This document shows, piece by piece, positions 1 through 12,233 of a stretch of 59,519 nucleotides of DNA (position 1 is the stretch's first letter; each line of letters begins with the position of its first letter). Position numbers and translations under genes: made by a program. The DNA is taken from positions 310,001 to 369,519 of the forward strand of contig NW_019091357.1 of NCBI RefSeq assembly GCF_001949145.1, written 5' to 3'. The DNA is from Acanthaster planci. Its lineage: Eukaryota. The notes beneath the pieces were generated by a model, which did not search any database, was not told where the DNA came from, and saw only the letters and a program-made list of their open reading frames with translations.

Positions 1-443
1 TGGAGGGTAACCCCCCTTACCTGTCAAGTCCCTATACACACTCTAGACTATTGTTGCCAAACATATCCCCCTAGAAGTCTGTAAAGAATTCCTGAGATTC
101 CGATCAAACAATGACCAACACAAAGGCTGCTTCAAGTGTAGTATTGCTATGGTTGAAGGTTCATTTGTGGTAAAACTGCTTCCAAATGTAGGAGTTTGTT
201 ATCTCAAAATCAATTTTTGAGCTGTTAGCCAGGAATTGTTTTGACAGTTGTACTTTTTGCTACTGAGAATTATTAAGCAGGAAAGTGACTGATAAATCTG
301 GATAAAAATCCAGGGAAGGAAAGTATCAAATTGTGTTCTAAAATTTTTGACTAAAAAGTCAAATGTGAGTTTAATACCAAAATACATGTACACGTACCTC
401 CAAAAGATACCTTATTCATTTTTTGATCTGCATTCCATCACAG

Positions 444-2529
444 TATCCATCATTTGAGAAACAGTACGAGATAAAAGCTCACTCCAAAGAAGTGGATGAT
501 ATTATCATAAACCCTCTAGGAAACAGGGTAAGTTTTTGACGTCTCCTTTGTACTTCTCTGTTTATAGCGAACAATCCTGTCTATTTTATGCAACAAAGGC
601 GGAGTTCAGGATTAATGCTTTCCCGGGACAGCAAGATGATTGCAGTAACCAATTGCCAATCCATTACCAAATTTTAAGGGGGGAGGGGGTCAAACTTGTT
701 AGGGGTCAAATAAATTCAGAAATTTTTGCATGTAACCTTTTATGGTCTTTCTGAGGGGTGAAGCTCCATTTTGGGGCTTTTTACACACTCTATGAAGAAA
801 GGGATATGAAATTTACTGTCCATTATTTTTCCCCCTAAAAATCTGCCCGTTGTCTCTTTTTTTGCCCTCCCCCCAGATCAGCCCATGAAAATGATTGTTT
901 TTTTTCATAAATTTTTGCATGCTGTTTTTAGCTGGTATCTGTGTCCAGAGACTCAACAGCCATCGTATGGAAAACAGTGGATGGCAGCAAAATGTGCGAT
1001 CTGAAATGGGATGGGGTAAAGGCTGAGCAGACTACCAGTTACAGAGTTAGGTGCTGTAGGTAGGTTGAGGGTGTTGGGAACCAGTTGAATCTGCACTAGA
1101 ACTGAATGTGTTGTGTCCAGTTTTCAAATGTATGCTCTTGTATTCACAAAGTTTGATTTCAAGAAGAGACGAATGAAATATCAGTTGTTATGCTCCTCTC
1201 TGTCAGGTTTGGCTTTATTGATAGCGACCCCAGCAAGTCCAACATGTACACCATCCACATCCCTCGCATCCAGGGCAAGACGAAGTCTTCTTACCTCACT
1301 CGATGGAATGCCATCAAGTACACACCAGAAAAGACCGTTTGCACGGGAACTGATGTCTTGTCAGCTTTGAATATTAGGTGAGTTAAAGTTGGCATCTGTA
1401 AGTGTGACAAGCTAGATGTGAATAGTATTACTGTTTCCTAAATTATCCTTCTGAAATGTCTTACATAAAAGATGGAACATTTTCAAGACCATAAAACTCA
1501 TCACAATTATAATATCATTGTTCCACAGACAGAAACTGGTAAGGTTCATTAGTAATCAACTTTTGATGGACAAAGAAAACCAACTGATGTTGGGTTTAAA
1601 CCTGCTACATGTACCTTTGAAATTTCACATCTGTGTGGATATTTTAATACACATTTGAAATTTTCTTTGGCCCAATAATGAGCATTATGAAAGACCATGT
1701 CCTCATCAGTCACTAGAAATAGTTTTATATATAAATCAATTACTAATAATTTGCCCTCCTTTTTCCCGTGACAGTCACAGTGGTAATCTGGTCGGTCTAG
1801 GCACAATGTCTGGCTCCATTGGCGTCTATATCTCCTTCAGTTTGCAGGTAAGCTTGCTATGACATGTACTACATGTGCAGAAATGCAAGCCTTGCGTACA
1901 GTGTGTTTATGCTCTTATTCATTCATCACTTTTTTTCATCAATTTTTTCAGTTTGTTGAAGCATTGGAGTTCTTTTCTGGATGGCTTTCAGTTTTCTTCA
2001 TACCTTTGTGACAACTGTAGATAGTCATGGACCTGGATGTCAAAGCTTTTGACCCCTTGGACCGTGAGAAGTGAAATAATCTTGTCATTGCTGTTTTTAT
2101 TTGTTATCAGAAATTGCGTGTGGTGAAAGATGTGCACGGTATCTTTGTGACAGGACTCTGTTTTGTTCCGATGACAAGAACAACGCGTGACCTACTCGGA
2201 GACCTTGAGACAGCTGTGCTGAGCGTATCCGCTGACAAGAAAGTATCCATTGTTGCCTTGGAACCCCCAAGTAAGCTTTGCCTCTACTTGCAGATTCTGG
2301 AGTGTTACACTTAAGTTGTTTTGAGAAAAAAAAATGATAAACCTATTAACAAACCTACAAAATGTTTGCCCCTGAGTACAAAATCCATTATTCTGGGTCT
2401 GTTTCTACTTTATGTTCCTTCTTTGTTTACATTCCAGTGGAATTTCCAGCATGGTTGATGTTCGTTGGAGCATTCCTACTCATCATTCTCATCTTCACAG
2501 GATTAGCGGCACTCGGCCTCAGCTTTTAA
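444..2529 (+). CDS. PREB: Prolactin regulatory element-binding protein / SEC12 (Sar1 GEF, WD40 propeller plus C-terminal TM anchor); 3' part only, 5' exons lie upstream of the window
   Basis: Six phase-compatible GT-AG exons: 444-527 (YPSFEKQYEIKAHSKEVDDIIINPLGNR), 932-1059 (LVSVSRDSTAIVWK...YRVRCCR), 1207-1377 (FGFIDSD...YLTRWNAIKY...), 1775-1847 (SHSGNLVGLGTMSGSIGVYISFSLQ), 2111-2270 (KLRVVKDVHGIFVTGLCF...ETAVLSVSAD) and 2438-2529 (EFPAWLMFVGAFLLIILIFTGLAALGLSF*). These are colinear with recalled human PREB motifs (KAHEGEIED, LGLGTVTGSVAIYIAFSLQ, HGIVVT, ETALFSVAVD, terminal TM helix). Confidence 0.93.
595..887. mobile_element. Degenerate MITE-like insertion in a PREB intron
   Basis: Left end AAAGGCGGAGTTCAGGA followed by a G-run; right end CCCCCCAGATCAGCCCATG. 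Both resemble GGGCGGATCCAG...CTGGATCCGCCC-type MITE termini. A cleaner one-ended relative (CCTGGATCCGCCCTTG) lies at ~13845-13860. Confidence 0.3.
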
Positions 2530-5500
2530 ACGCTGACCTTTACGCCACATCTGTGCTTACATCTGACTGCAGCCAATTAGAATACAGGGAATGAATATTT
2601 GTCTTGTTGTTTCCATCCAATGAAATATTAAATGAAGTGATGTTTCTGCTTTCCTTCATTCCTGAAGTCAAATCCCAGTTTCATGAAGAAGCCAAGCAGA
2701 AACTGTTCAGTTTAGCAGAAAGCAGCAGAATACAGTCATAACTCTCTAAGACTGCAATACAGGTTGGCTGGTAACCAAGTATTTTCAGTGGTACTTGGCA
2801 TGTCTCTGAAATTGAGGCCGTTTGCTGATTTAGTTGGCTCTAGCTTACTTACACACAACCCTATCACATGGCTTTGGTCTCCTGTCCAGACAAAAATTTT
2901 CTAAGCCAACTCAAACATTATTGTGTTATTTTTGGATCTGTGTGGATGTTTGGATGTTATCTGACCTTGTTCAATGAAAGATAATTGACCATTCTTCATA
3001 TATATGTTCCTGTTATTTTTATGAAGGGTGTAACTGAATTTTAGTGTTTTTTAAAGTGTCTATGGATATTCCATTATTATTCTGGTAGAGGAAATGTTTG
3101 TAGCCACAGCCTAAAGTGCCATTTAGGTCGTGGCAATAGAAACCCACCAGTTTATAGTCTTTTGGTGGTTTTAACGAAGTAATCTCTACTCTGAGACCCA
3201 GTAACGTTTTGGTCATGTTCTTGTTAGTCATCAGCAGATCCTGGGAGAGGCAAGTAAAGCCATTGAATAAAATGTGAGGCTGATGTTAGGACAACTTTAA
3301 ACATATAAACAGCCTCTGAGTTTAGCCTCAGGATCTGCCCTTCTTCGTCAAAATTGTATGCAATAATAATTCCTCACACTTTTCTGTAACAATTGTAGCC
3401 TTTTGAATGGGCATGTTTAAAACTATGAGATAGTGTCAGGTTTAGTGGGTCTACAGTCCTGAATGAGGGACTTATTTACGCATTTTAATGCAAGAAAGTA
3501 ATCATAAAAATTACAAATATTTGTTGTTATTAATTAAATATTTTTGTCATGATTTTACTAAACAGTACTTTCACGATAATAGCTACACGAAAAAATATGT
3601 AATATACAGTTAGGTTGTATTATGAAAACGGTTCACGAAATTTTGATGATGCAACTTTTGGTGATTAAATTTGGTAAATGTATATGATCAAAATGACTTT
3701 TGTGAAATTTTCCTCCTTCCTGTGTATTAGGTCAAAGGTTACCAGATGGTACCCTCTGACACGTTGACTTTAACCCCCATCCTTTTCTTTGTCTTGCACA
3801 ACGCGACTAAATTTTTCGGCCTTGCCGTTGCGTGCGCCTGGAACCAAATGTGTTTTTCCTTCAAAAACCTTGCATTAAATATACATGTAATTATTGTCTT
3901 CTGGATAGGAGCTCAGAGGAAACAAGGATGACGGCAGGGATTACGTGGCTTTAGATTCCTTAGAATACATCTACGTGTCTTTGAATTGTCAACAATAAAA
4001 GTCTGTGATCAGAACATTAAGGTTTGTTTCGATTTCTAGTAGATTTTTTGCTGCTCTCTCTGAACCTTTCAAACACACATTGTACATGTCGATTAGCTGC
4101 ACCTCCGCTTGGCGTCTTCGTTTCCCATCCTCTCGAAGCACCATCCACAACTTAGATTAAATTCACTAACTACAAAATATTGCCATGGTTGGTGACGAAG
4201 GACGCAATCGAATGACAGGATGTAACACGTCATTCATTGATCTCATGGAAATTACGAGTAGACGCAAGCGACAACGTCGAGTCTTCAAGGCATTTCCAGC
4301 GCAATTCCCAGCCTAACTGGCGTCTAATAAATGATGCATTCGTCATTTACGACACCATCTGGGTCTAGGATGAAACATCTGACGAGTTTGGAACATTTTC
4401 ATCAGCTGAGGACAGTGAGGGTGCAGAATTGTTACACTTCGCTTTCTTGATGGGTAGAAAGATTCGTGCAGAATTTTCAGCCTGCCAACAGCCTCGCATT
4501 GTGATTTCGCCGCTATGCATTAAAAACTTGAAATGACAACATTTAGAAAAAGCGTGTGTATTCCGATTTTGAAGCTTTTTTTCATTTACAACTTTGTTAT
4601 GATTCTTTGAGGAAACATTGTAATGTGCGTTTTTGTTTAATTTGCATTAGTTGTAAATGTGCTGTGCTGTATCAAATGTAGCAATTTGTTCAAGATTTAC
4701 TCGGCAAACCAACCAAATCTTTGAACATTTTCAGTACAACTCTCATGAGCGGCACAGGAGTTACTCAGACCATGGAGGTAGGACAAGAGGGCTTAGACTA
4801 GTCAGTTTGGGGGTCTAGAGACACTACATTATATACTCATATACAAACTCAAAACCAAAGGCAATTCAATTCATTTTACAGGTCTTTTCCACATGCAGTG
4901 AAAACTACAAATCAATCGTCCTCCCAAGAGCTGTAGTAACTATATACATGTAAGTGTATAAGTTGGCAATTAGTCTCTGCAAATGTTCCTCCTATTTCCA
5001 ATCACTGTGGCGAAAAAACCAAGCGCTGATTGAAATGGGCTGAATCACACAGAACGGAAGGTTGCACTTAATCATATTCAGGTCATCCTCTGTTACGTAA
5101 TTTGACCTGGACCGTGTCTGCATGGTTTGGGTGACCGCTGGGTCGTCGATGAGTAGCCCGCCCACATTAAATTCTCAGTGCTTTATCCTCCTTTTCAATG
5201 TCCCTTTTCAAGCTTATAGCTCACTCTGCTGTCTTTAAACTCTCATTTTGCTGAAGATTGTACTTTCAACTTTTAATGCAGTGATTTGAAAATATAATCT
5301 GCCACTTCATGTCAGGATATTATTAAAAAATTGAACTATTGCCATACATAGTTTTCTATTTAACAAATATTGTTTTGAATTTGAAAAAAGCCGAGAGCCT
5401 TAAAGCTTCAATTTCTAAGGTGAAATGGTCACTTTTCTGTATCTTATCAATACGTGACAAGCAATAAAAAGCACAAAGACAGTGTTGTTGAGAAAATGGG

Positions 5501-5632
5501 AAAAATGACAGTCACAATAACAAACAGATGACTTGTGCAGAGGTGCCTTATTTTCGCATTACTCACGGCAACGGGACTGACCAATCCCAAGCCGAAACAT
5601 GCTTGACGTCAGATCATGAATAATAATTATGT

Positions 5633-5690
5633 TTGGAAATAACCAAAGTGAATTTACCCCTTGGAAATAACCAAAGTGAATTTACCCCTT
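5633..5690. repeat. Exact 28-bp tandem duplication
   Basis: TTGGAAATAACCAAAGTGAATTTACCCC occurs at 5633-5660 and 5661-5688, followed by TT. Confidence 0.95.
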
Positions 5691-7983
5691 AAAACTTGAG
5701 AATGTTATGTCAAAACTCAGCCCTACTTTTTCAGTTCTGAGTCCCCCCCCGGCCCCCAGTCTGGGAAATTTTCCTCTTCGCTTAGAATCACACTACAATA
5801 AGAGCACAGTGAATTAACGTAGCTTCCGTGTGGACTGACAATTTGAAAGTTTGAAAGATAACCTCATTACATGTACATGTATTTCAAGGCATGCACTGTA
5901 CGGCGAAAAAATCACCAAGTTGGATTTCACACCATCTTAAACTGAAACCATGTAAAATTCGTAAAACATGATGTTGCAATGAATTAAGTTTAAATTCCGC
6001 AGAGCCATTCACAACCTGGGTTTGTCACTGCAGCAGCAAAGCAAGCCTTGGTTTAATTTACTTCGTGCGGTCGATCGATCTGATGGCGGGCCGGGGGCGC
6101 ATACCATGATCACCACGGACCGTGGGAGGGGTGCTGAATTGATTTTTGGAAGGAGACAATTTTTTAATTATATTATTTTAATTTTTGATATCAGTACACG
6201 TGTTTAATTTTTCGCCAGACGAAAAACGAAATGGAAAAAATAACCTACCTAAAACTTGGGTTGAACAAATAATTCCTGAATGAGGAATGTTTAGCTTGTT
6301 GTCTCAATGAGTTCGTTTTAGTTTCTCAAGGAGCTGAGTTAACTAAACACGATTCTTTTGAAAAAAAGAAATTTTATAGAATTATCTATGAAATTCAGAC
6401 AGAGCTAGTTACATCCTTGATTTCCACCTCAGACATCATTTAATTTTCATTGCCCCGACCGAAGTTGATATCATTCTATAGTTCGGAAAGTTAAAACATT
6501 CCAGTGAGTTTGACACCTTGATCTCTTTTCGCGCTCACCTATTCGTGTTGGGTTTACAGAGTTAAGACAGGAAACCAAAAACAAATATTATTCACTAGAA
6601 GCAGTTTTCTAAAGAAATTGTGATCCTTTCTTCAATGAAGGTATAAACGTTCAATCGGAACTTGAGCAATATGCTGCGCGGAAATGAACTATTCAATTGA
6701 TGACGTGAGGCTGGGACGGTGCCACCGTTCAGTGGTCTGACCGGGGTCCTTTGAGACAATTTTTAAAAAGGAGAGAGTAAAATAAAGATCACAAAAAAGT
6801 GTTATTCCACAGGTTCGTGTGTACGGATGAGAAGTATAATTTTCTCTAATGTTCATAGAACTAATTCTCAGATTCTGTGGAAAATAATCCTCCGCTCAGA
6901 AATTTGCTCCATATGATGGCGCAAGTGAGTTTTCAGACTTTCAGGCTCTAGCATCATGGACTCTCCTGTGATTCACACTGTGGACTATACGTACGGTGGT
7001 GCCGTAGAGTTCCCGGCTATAAATTCAAGTGTTGTGGGTTGGAGTGTCAAAAGTAGGCCTATGTTACCTTTGGGTAGATTTGCTAAAGTATTTTTTCATC
7101 AGGGAAAGGAATTTCAGGCATTGAAACGCAAAAACTTCTAAAAATGATCGATTCCAACGAGAGCATGACCATACCATAAACCAGGCGGACTGACATGTCG
7201 CGATCAGATGGCAGATGGCAGCGGCCCGGGTCGCTTTGCATCAAGTTGGCATGGTTTTCAGTTCAGTAGTCTTTTCAGATAGAAATCGAAAAGCAAATTC
7301 CCAGTAAATTAAGAAAACTCAAAAATTAACTGTAATGATATAAAGCCATTTTCGTTTCATGAATAATGGTACTTTTTCAGCACAAAATGGAGTACGGAAG
7401 TCGCAGCTTGTGACGGAAATATGGCCGCCGCCAAGATTTTGTTTCTTTGAGCACCAACTTTGGGAGCTCAAAAACATCCGAAGACAAAACAAAATCAGTA
7501 TGAATTTTAGATATAATTTAAATGAGGGAATATGTTTTCAGTATGTATAGTCATAATAATTGTAAGCTCTAGTTAGTTTTGTAGAAAAATAGTTTATTTT
7601 TACGATTTAGTGAAATATTTTTTACTTTCTTATTTTTACAGTTTTTTGGAGTGATCTAAACGTCGCACCGCTGAATTGTCCGGTATTATTAGAAATTGCA
7701 GCTTGTTTTCTACATGAGCATTTAGAAAATATCACCATTTTGCATTCAATAATCCAGAAATCTGACTTTAAAAACTACGTACTAACACAGAACTTTGCCA
7801 TAATGTCATTGTGCAATGAAAGGCGCGCTCTGTACTCAGGCACTGTGTGCGCGTAATCTGTGATTTCTCAAACGTCCGCATTGAGTGTATATGATCGTCT
7901 GTATGCCCGTACTTCGAGCATTCAATCAATTTTACCAACAGGTGTTCTACGTTGTTGAAGTGAACTCCCAAATTGTCACCATC

Positions 7984-8646
7984 ATGGCTGATGTTCAGCA
8001 AACAGTTGCAAAGCCCGCCAAGAAGCCATCCAAGCCCCGGAAGCCAGCAGGGCCCAAGGGCACCGACATGATCTTGGATGCTTTGAAGAATCTCGGCCAA
8101 CCTCGCAAGCCAGTCTCTGCTCAAGCTATCACCAAGTACGTCAAAGCTAATTACAAAGTTTCTGACAAGGTGGATGCTTCTCTGAAGAGGGCCGCTAAGA
8201 AGCTGCTTGCCGACGGTAAAATCGTGCAGGTGAAAGGCAAGGGATACAACGGATCCTTCAAGCTGAATGTCAAGGCAGTCGCTGCTGCTGAGGCCGCTAA
8301 GAAGAAGAGGGCAGCTGCCAAGGAAAAGAAGAAGGTAGCGCAGGAGAAGGCTAAAGCCAAGAAGGCCAAGAAAGCTGCTGACAAGAAGGCCAAGGCGGCT
8401 GACAAGAAGGCCAAGAAGGCAGCCAAGAAGAAGACATCCAAGACGAAGAAACCTGCTGCCAAGAAGCCTGCCGCCAAGAAGGCAGCTAAGAAGCCTGCCA
8501 CCAAGAAGGCAGCCAAGAAGCCTGCTGTCAAGAAAGCAGCCAAGCCCGCCAAGAAGGCAGCCAAGCCCGCAAAGAAAGCAGCCAAGCCCGCCAAGAAGGC
8601 TAAGCCCGCCAAGAAGCCCGCAGCCAAGAAGGCAGCCAAGAAATAA
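7984..8646 (+). CDS. Linker histone H1 (220 aa, intronless)
   Basis: ATG in good context (ATCATGG) at 7984. Short K/P N-tail, winged-helix globular domain (DMILDALKNL...SAQAITKYVKANYKV...LKRAAKKLLADGKIVQVKGKGYNGSFKLN) and a long K/A/P C-tail with KKAAKPA repeats. A histone stem-loop follows. Confidence 0.96.
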   Translation: MADVQQTVAKPAKKPSKPRKPAGPKGTDMILDALKNLGQPRKPVSAQAITKYVKANYKVSDKVDASLKRAAKKLLADGKIVQVKGKGYNGSFKLNVKAVAAAEAAKKKRAAAKEKKKVAQEKAKAKKAKKAADKKAKAADKKAKKAAKKKTSKTKKPAAKKPAAKKAAKKPATKKAAKKPAVKKAAKPAKKAAKPAKKAAKPAKKAKPAKKPAAKKAAKK

Positions 8647-8673
8647 GCAGCTTCTCAGCTTGCAAACCCAAAC

Positions 8674-8710
8674 GGCTCTTTTCAGAGCCACCACATATTC
8701 AAAAAAGAGA
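8674..8710 (+). terminator. Histone 3' stem-loop plus purine-rich histone downstream element (U7 site)
   Basis: CCAAAC-GGCTCTTTTCAGAGCC-ACCA (stem-loop 8674-8689), followed by CAAAAAAGAGA at 8700-8710, similar to the sea-urchin HDE CAAGAAAGA. Confidence 0.93.
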
Positions 8711-9158
8711 TCATTCTTGCTGTCAAATAAATCGTGTCTATTTCAGTCTTTATTTTTAAAGATCATGCCATCATTTCTCCTTTTCCTAAATCGAAACCAT
8801 GTTCAACCTCCGGCCCCCATAACCCCCTCGTAGCGTAATCGAAAAACAAATAATGATACAAAGCAAACAGTCTCTTGAGTTCATTTAAAAATATCCCTTC
8901 TTTTAAACTAGAAAAAAAGTTTTTGTTGGGGTTACGTCCTTATTTAATAAAGTGGAAATTTATGCTCATGCAGGAGTCGGGTAATGACCTTCCCTTATTG
9001 GCATCACGAAGCCGATAAGACGGATATTTTATGCCAAGTCAATGTCGCGTGGGAAGCCAACACCTGTCATAATCTTAATTAAAATTGTACTTAAGTTAAA
9101 GGAGGAAATCCTGTGGAGGCTCTTCATTGCCTACTAAGATTCAATTGCACTGAACAAG

Positions 9159-12100
9159 ATGAACGGACAAACAGCCTCGCTGCTAACCTTCTTTGTACTG
9201 AGCAGTCTACCAGGTAATGAGACTTTATATGTGGATTGGACTTTTTTGCACAATTACTCTACTCTGCTAACTTGATTTTGCTTCTTTGCGCTACACGAAC
9301 GTGGTAAAAGTATACGAGTATATGTATTTGAATGAATGTGTAGTTATCATAAGTGCTAATTTCAGACGGGAAAATTCACGGGGTGAAGGATGTAAGGAAA
9401 GACATGGAAGGATGTACATTTCGAAACAGCTGCAATTCGTGACATTCAAGCAGACCTTATTTGACTTCTTTTAGTTCTTTAGTTGTTCCTGTTGACTATT
9501 TTCCTGCGCTTTCCAGGAGCAATGCTCGTCTACACTGCCTACAGTCCAACAACAGGATATTCTTTCGTCGTATTCGAAGACAGCGTTGACGACACCGACT
9601 CATGGTTTGAGGCCAGGGCCAAATGCCGCGTTCACTCACAGTACGCCGACTTGGCTGAGATAAGTGCAAGCGACTTCACAATAGTACAAGATCTACTGAG
9701 CAACTCACAAGCATCGTAAGAATTTTAGTTGTAATATGTGCACGGTAGAGCTTTTTAATATCCTCTTGAATACACAATCCGAAAATTTGACCGAGTGCAC
9801 TCTTCATATCTTTGAACGCATATGAAAATTAATAACAGATTATAGTGTACTGTGTACATGTACCTGTACCGTATACAAGTGCACTGTATGTTTGTTTTGC
9901 TGACGTAGACCTCAGTACCATTACGATTCCTTCATCGTGAACATTCCACTGAGTCCAACTTCACCATCTCCGTTTGAAAATTCAATCTGTCTGACTGAAA
10001 AAGGAAACTAAAGAGGTTATAATATAATTTACGCATTTACTATGTACGCAGTTCTTCCTCTTACTGGATTGGAATCTACGACCACTTATCCGAAATGAAC
10101 TTCAAGTCTCTGTACACCGGGGCAGACATAACCTTCGCGAACTGGGACAACGATAGACCAAAGAACGACATGAACAAGAACTGTGGGTCCTGGGATACAT
10201 CAAATAGTTATTGGAAAGACGAGGCTTGTACTGGGAAGAAACGTGGAGTGTTATGTCGGATGCTGACGCCTATTCCTTCTTCCAACATCGACCCTAACAC
10301 AGGTGAACCAATTTGGGCGTTTCACAATAGGGCGCCTCCAAGATTTTGCAATGTATTGGCCAATCATAATGCGCGAAATCTGTCGACGCAATGACCGTTT
10401 GGAAAGGGTCAACAGATTTTGCTCATTGTGATTGGCTAACGCGTTGCAAACTCTTGGAGGTGCACTATTGTGAATCGCCCGTATTCCTTGAAGAGTTGTT
10501 TTATTCTGATTTTCTCTTCTTTCGGTCGTTCTGCAAGTTTGGAGACTATGGGGAAGGATATTGAAATGATACTACATTTGTAATTTGGCTTTCTCTTGTA
10601 TCGCAGGCTGTCCGCCAACAATGGTCCCCTTTGATGACGTCTGCTACGATTTTCGTGTGTTGATGACTGGGAATTTCAGCTCTGCACGGCAGGCTTGTGA
10701 AACATTACCAGGTCGGATGATTATACCGGAGAGCCAGTCTGAAGCAGACTTCGTGGACCTGTATACCATCCTCACGGGGTATAAGAAGCGAGGAAAAATA
10801 TCCAATATTTTCTGACAATGGCCCAAGGGCAATAAACCCTACGTCCACTCGCCCAAACCCACCTAGCTGGCAATTATTAGTTGAAAGTTTTAAAACGAAA
10901 GTGTTCACGTTGAGTGGTAAAACAGTTCGAGATTTAAAATAGGAGCAATGAGTCAACAATTTACTTTCCCATCTTTTGAACATTTCGCATGCAGCAAAGC
11001 TACTTTTTGGCTGGGTATCACGGATGAAGAAGAAGACAACGACCTGCGCAGTATTTACGGACCTAACCTCTCTTTCGAAAAATGGCACCCGAGTGGCTCG
11101 GGCGTCGTTGCATCTGAGACAGACTGTGCCTATATCGACACCAGCAGCGGCTACTGGTTAACAGACCATTGCGATGAACCAAAAGGCGTCATGTGTTCTT
11201 TCGTTCCACCACTACTACAAGGTTAACCTGACTTTTTGAAGCTGTTTGAGGAAAACCTAACATGAGTGTGTATAAACTAAATGTCTCTTGTCTTTGTAAC
11301 TATGGCACTAGTACTGACATTGCCATAATTATTTGTATCGCACGTCAAACCTACGATTTTAGACGTAAAACACACTATCCAAGGTCACCGGATATGATCA
11401 AATCTGTCAAAAATCGTGAAAATCATATATCATGAAGTAAACGGGTGATTATTTAAACTTGTCAATGCTTCTTTTCCTTACTAAGGGTTATTGTCAAATC
11501 CCTTTTCCGTTTTATCTACCCTCTCTGCATTCTTAGAAGAGACAACAGTAGCACAAAGCATTACATCCACTAGTGAGACAACGCAAGATGCATTTACAAT
11601 CGTTGCATCCACAGATCATGACGTCACTTCTCCAACCTCATCCGAGGCGCAAGGACCCTGTGAGTAAACCATTCGGTCCGCACTATCTGTCTGTCAGTTG
11701 GTCTGTCAGTCTGTCTGTACGAATCAACAGCACGGTGCCGCTAAGCTGCGCGAGCTCGCAGTTGCTCCTTTTGAAGCACAGCCTACTACACGCAAAGCTT
11801 TTTTTCTATCAATAACACCACACAGCAGGTTTTATCCCGTGTAAGGCAGGCTGCCACCTGCTATGAGAAGAAAAAAGCTACAGTTCGAGGTACCAAAGTG
11901 TAAGAACACAACTTGGTGAGTATGCATGTAAAAGCTTCACTGGGTAAGTAGAAGACTCATTGATGAGGACGATGGTTCATCGGCGACATGTGCTGTGTGC
12001 ACCCACTTTATTCCGACGGAGGGATTTGACCAATCCATTTGTTGAGGTGCTAAAATGTTAGGTTATTTCTAACGGTTGGGAAGCCCCTTTTGTTTTATTT

Positions 12101-12233
12101 TATGGTAACAGATTGCAAACCTGTTGAAAGGAAAGCGTCCACCGTCATGAGCCTTCCTGGGCATACACGCGAACGCTCCCACAGACATGCATGGCAGCGG
12201 TCGGCTGATGAAAGTCTGCATCGTGCTAGGTGA
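9159..12233 (+). CDS. Secreted protein with two C-type lectin-like domains and a Ser/Thr-rich stalk; last exon uncertain
   Basis: Phase-consistent exons: 9159-9213 (signal-peptide-like MNGQTASLLTFFVLSSLPG), 9517-9715 (SWFEARAKC), 10052-10302 (YWIG...FANW...NC...YWKDEAC...VLC), 10607-10778 (CPPTMVPFDDVCYDF...FSSARQAC), 10995-11221 (FWLGITD...FEKW...DCAYI...YWLTDHC...VMC), 11537-11659 (S/T-rich), and tentatively 12112-12233. Confidence 0.85.
10315..10480. mobile_element. Palindromic (foldback) MITE-like element in lectin intron 3
   Basis: 73-bp arms (GGGCGTTTCACAATAGGGCGCCTCCAAGATTTTGCAA... / ...TTGCAAACTCTTGGAGGTGCACTATTGTGAATCGCCC) with 12 mismatches, around a ~20-nt spacer. Confidence 0.8.

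Noticed and set aside
3700..5100. Exon-like AG...GT segments downstream of PREB (e.g. 4735-4777, 4883-4949) and a possible spliced 3' UTR ending at AATAAA ~3994
   Set aside because: No coherent reading frame or homology. It cannot be supported without transcript data.
7885..7983. 33-aa N-terminal extension of H1 in the ORF track
   Set aside because: It starts at a GTG in the promoter/TATA-like region. The ATG at 7984 has strong context and gives a typical H1 N-terminus.
7768..8694. 308-aa and 162-aa antisense ORFs over histone H1
   Set aside because: Shadow ORFs caused by AAG/GCC-rich H1 codons lacking antisense stops. The products are low-complexity L/G or A/F strings.
12112..12233. In-frame TGA in an alternative frame of the last lectin exon as possible selenocysteine or readthrough
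   Set aside because: That frame is not phase-compatible with the upstream exon, and no SECIS-like element was recognisable.
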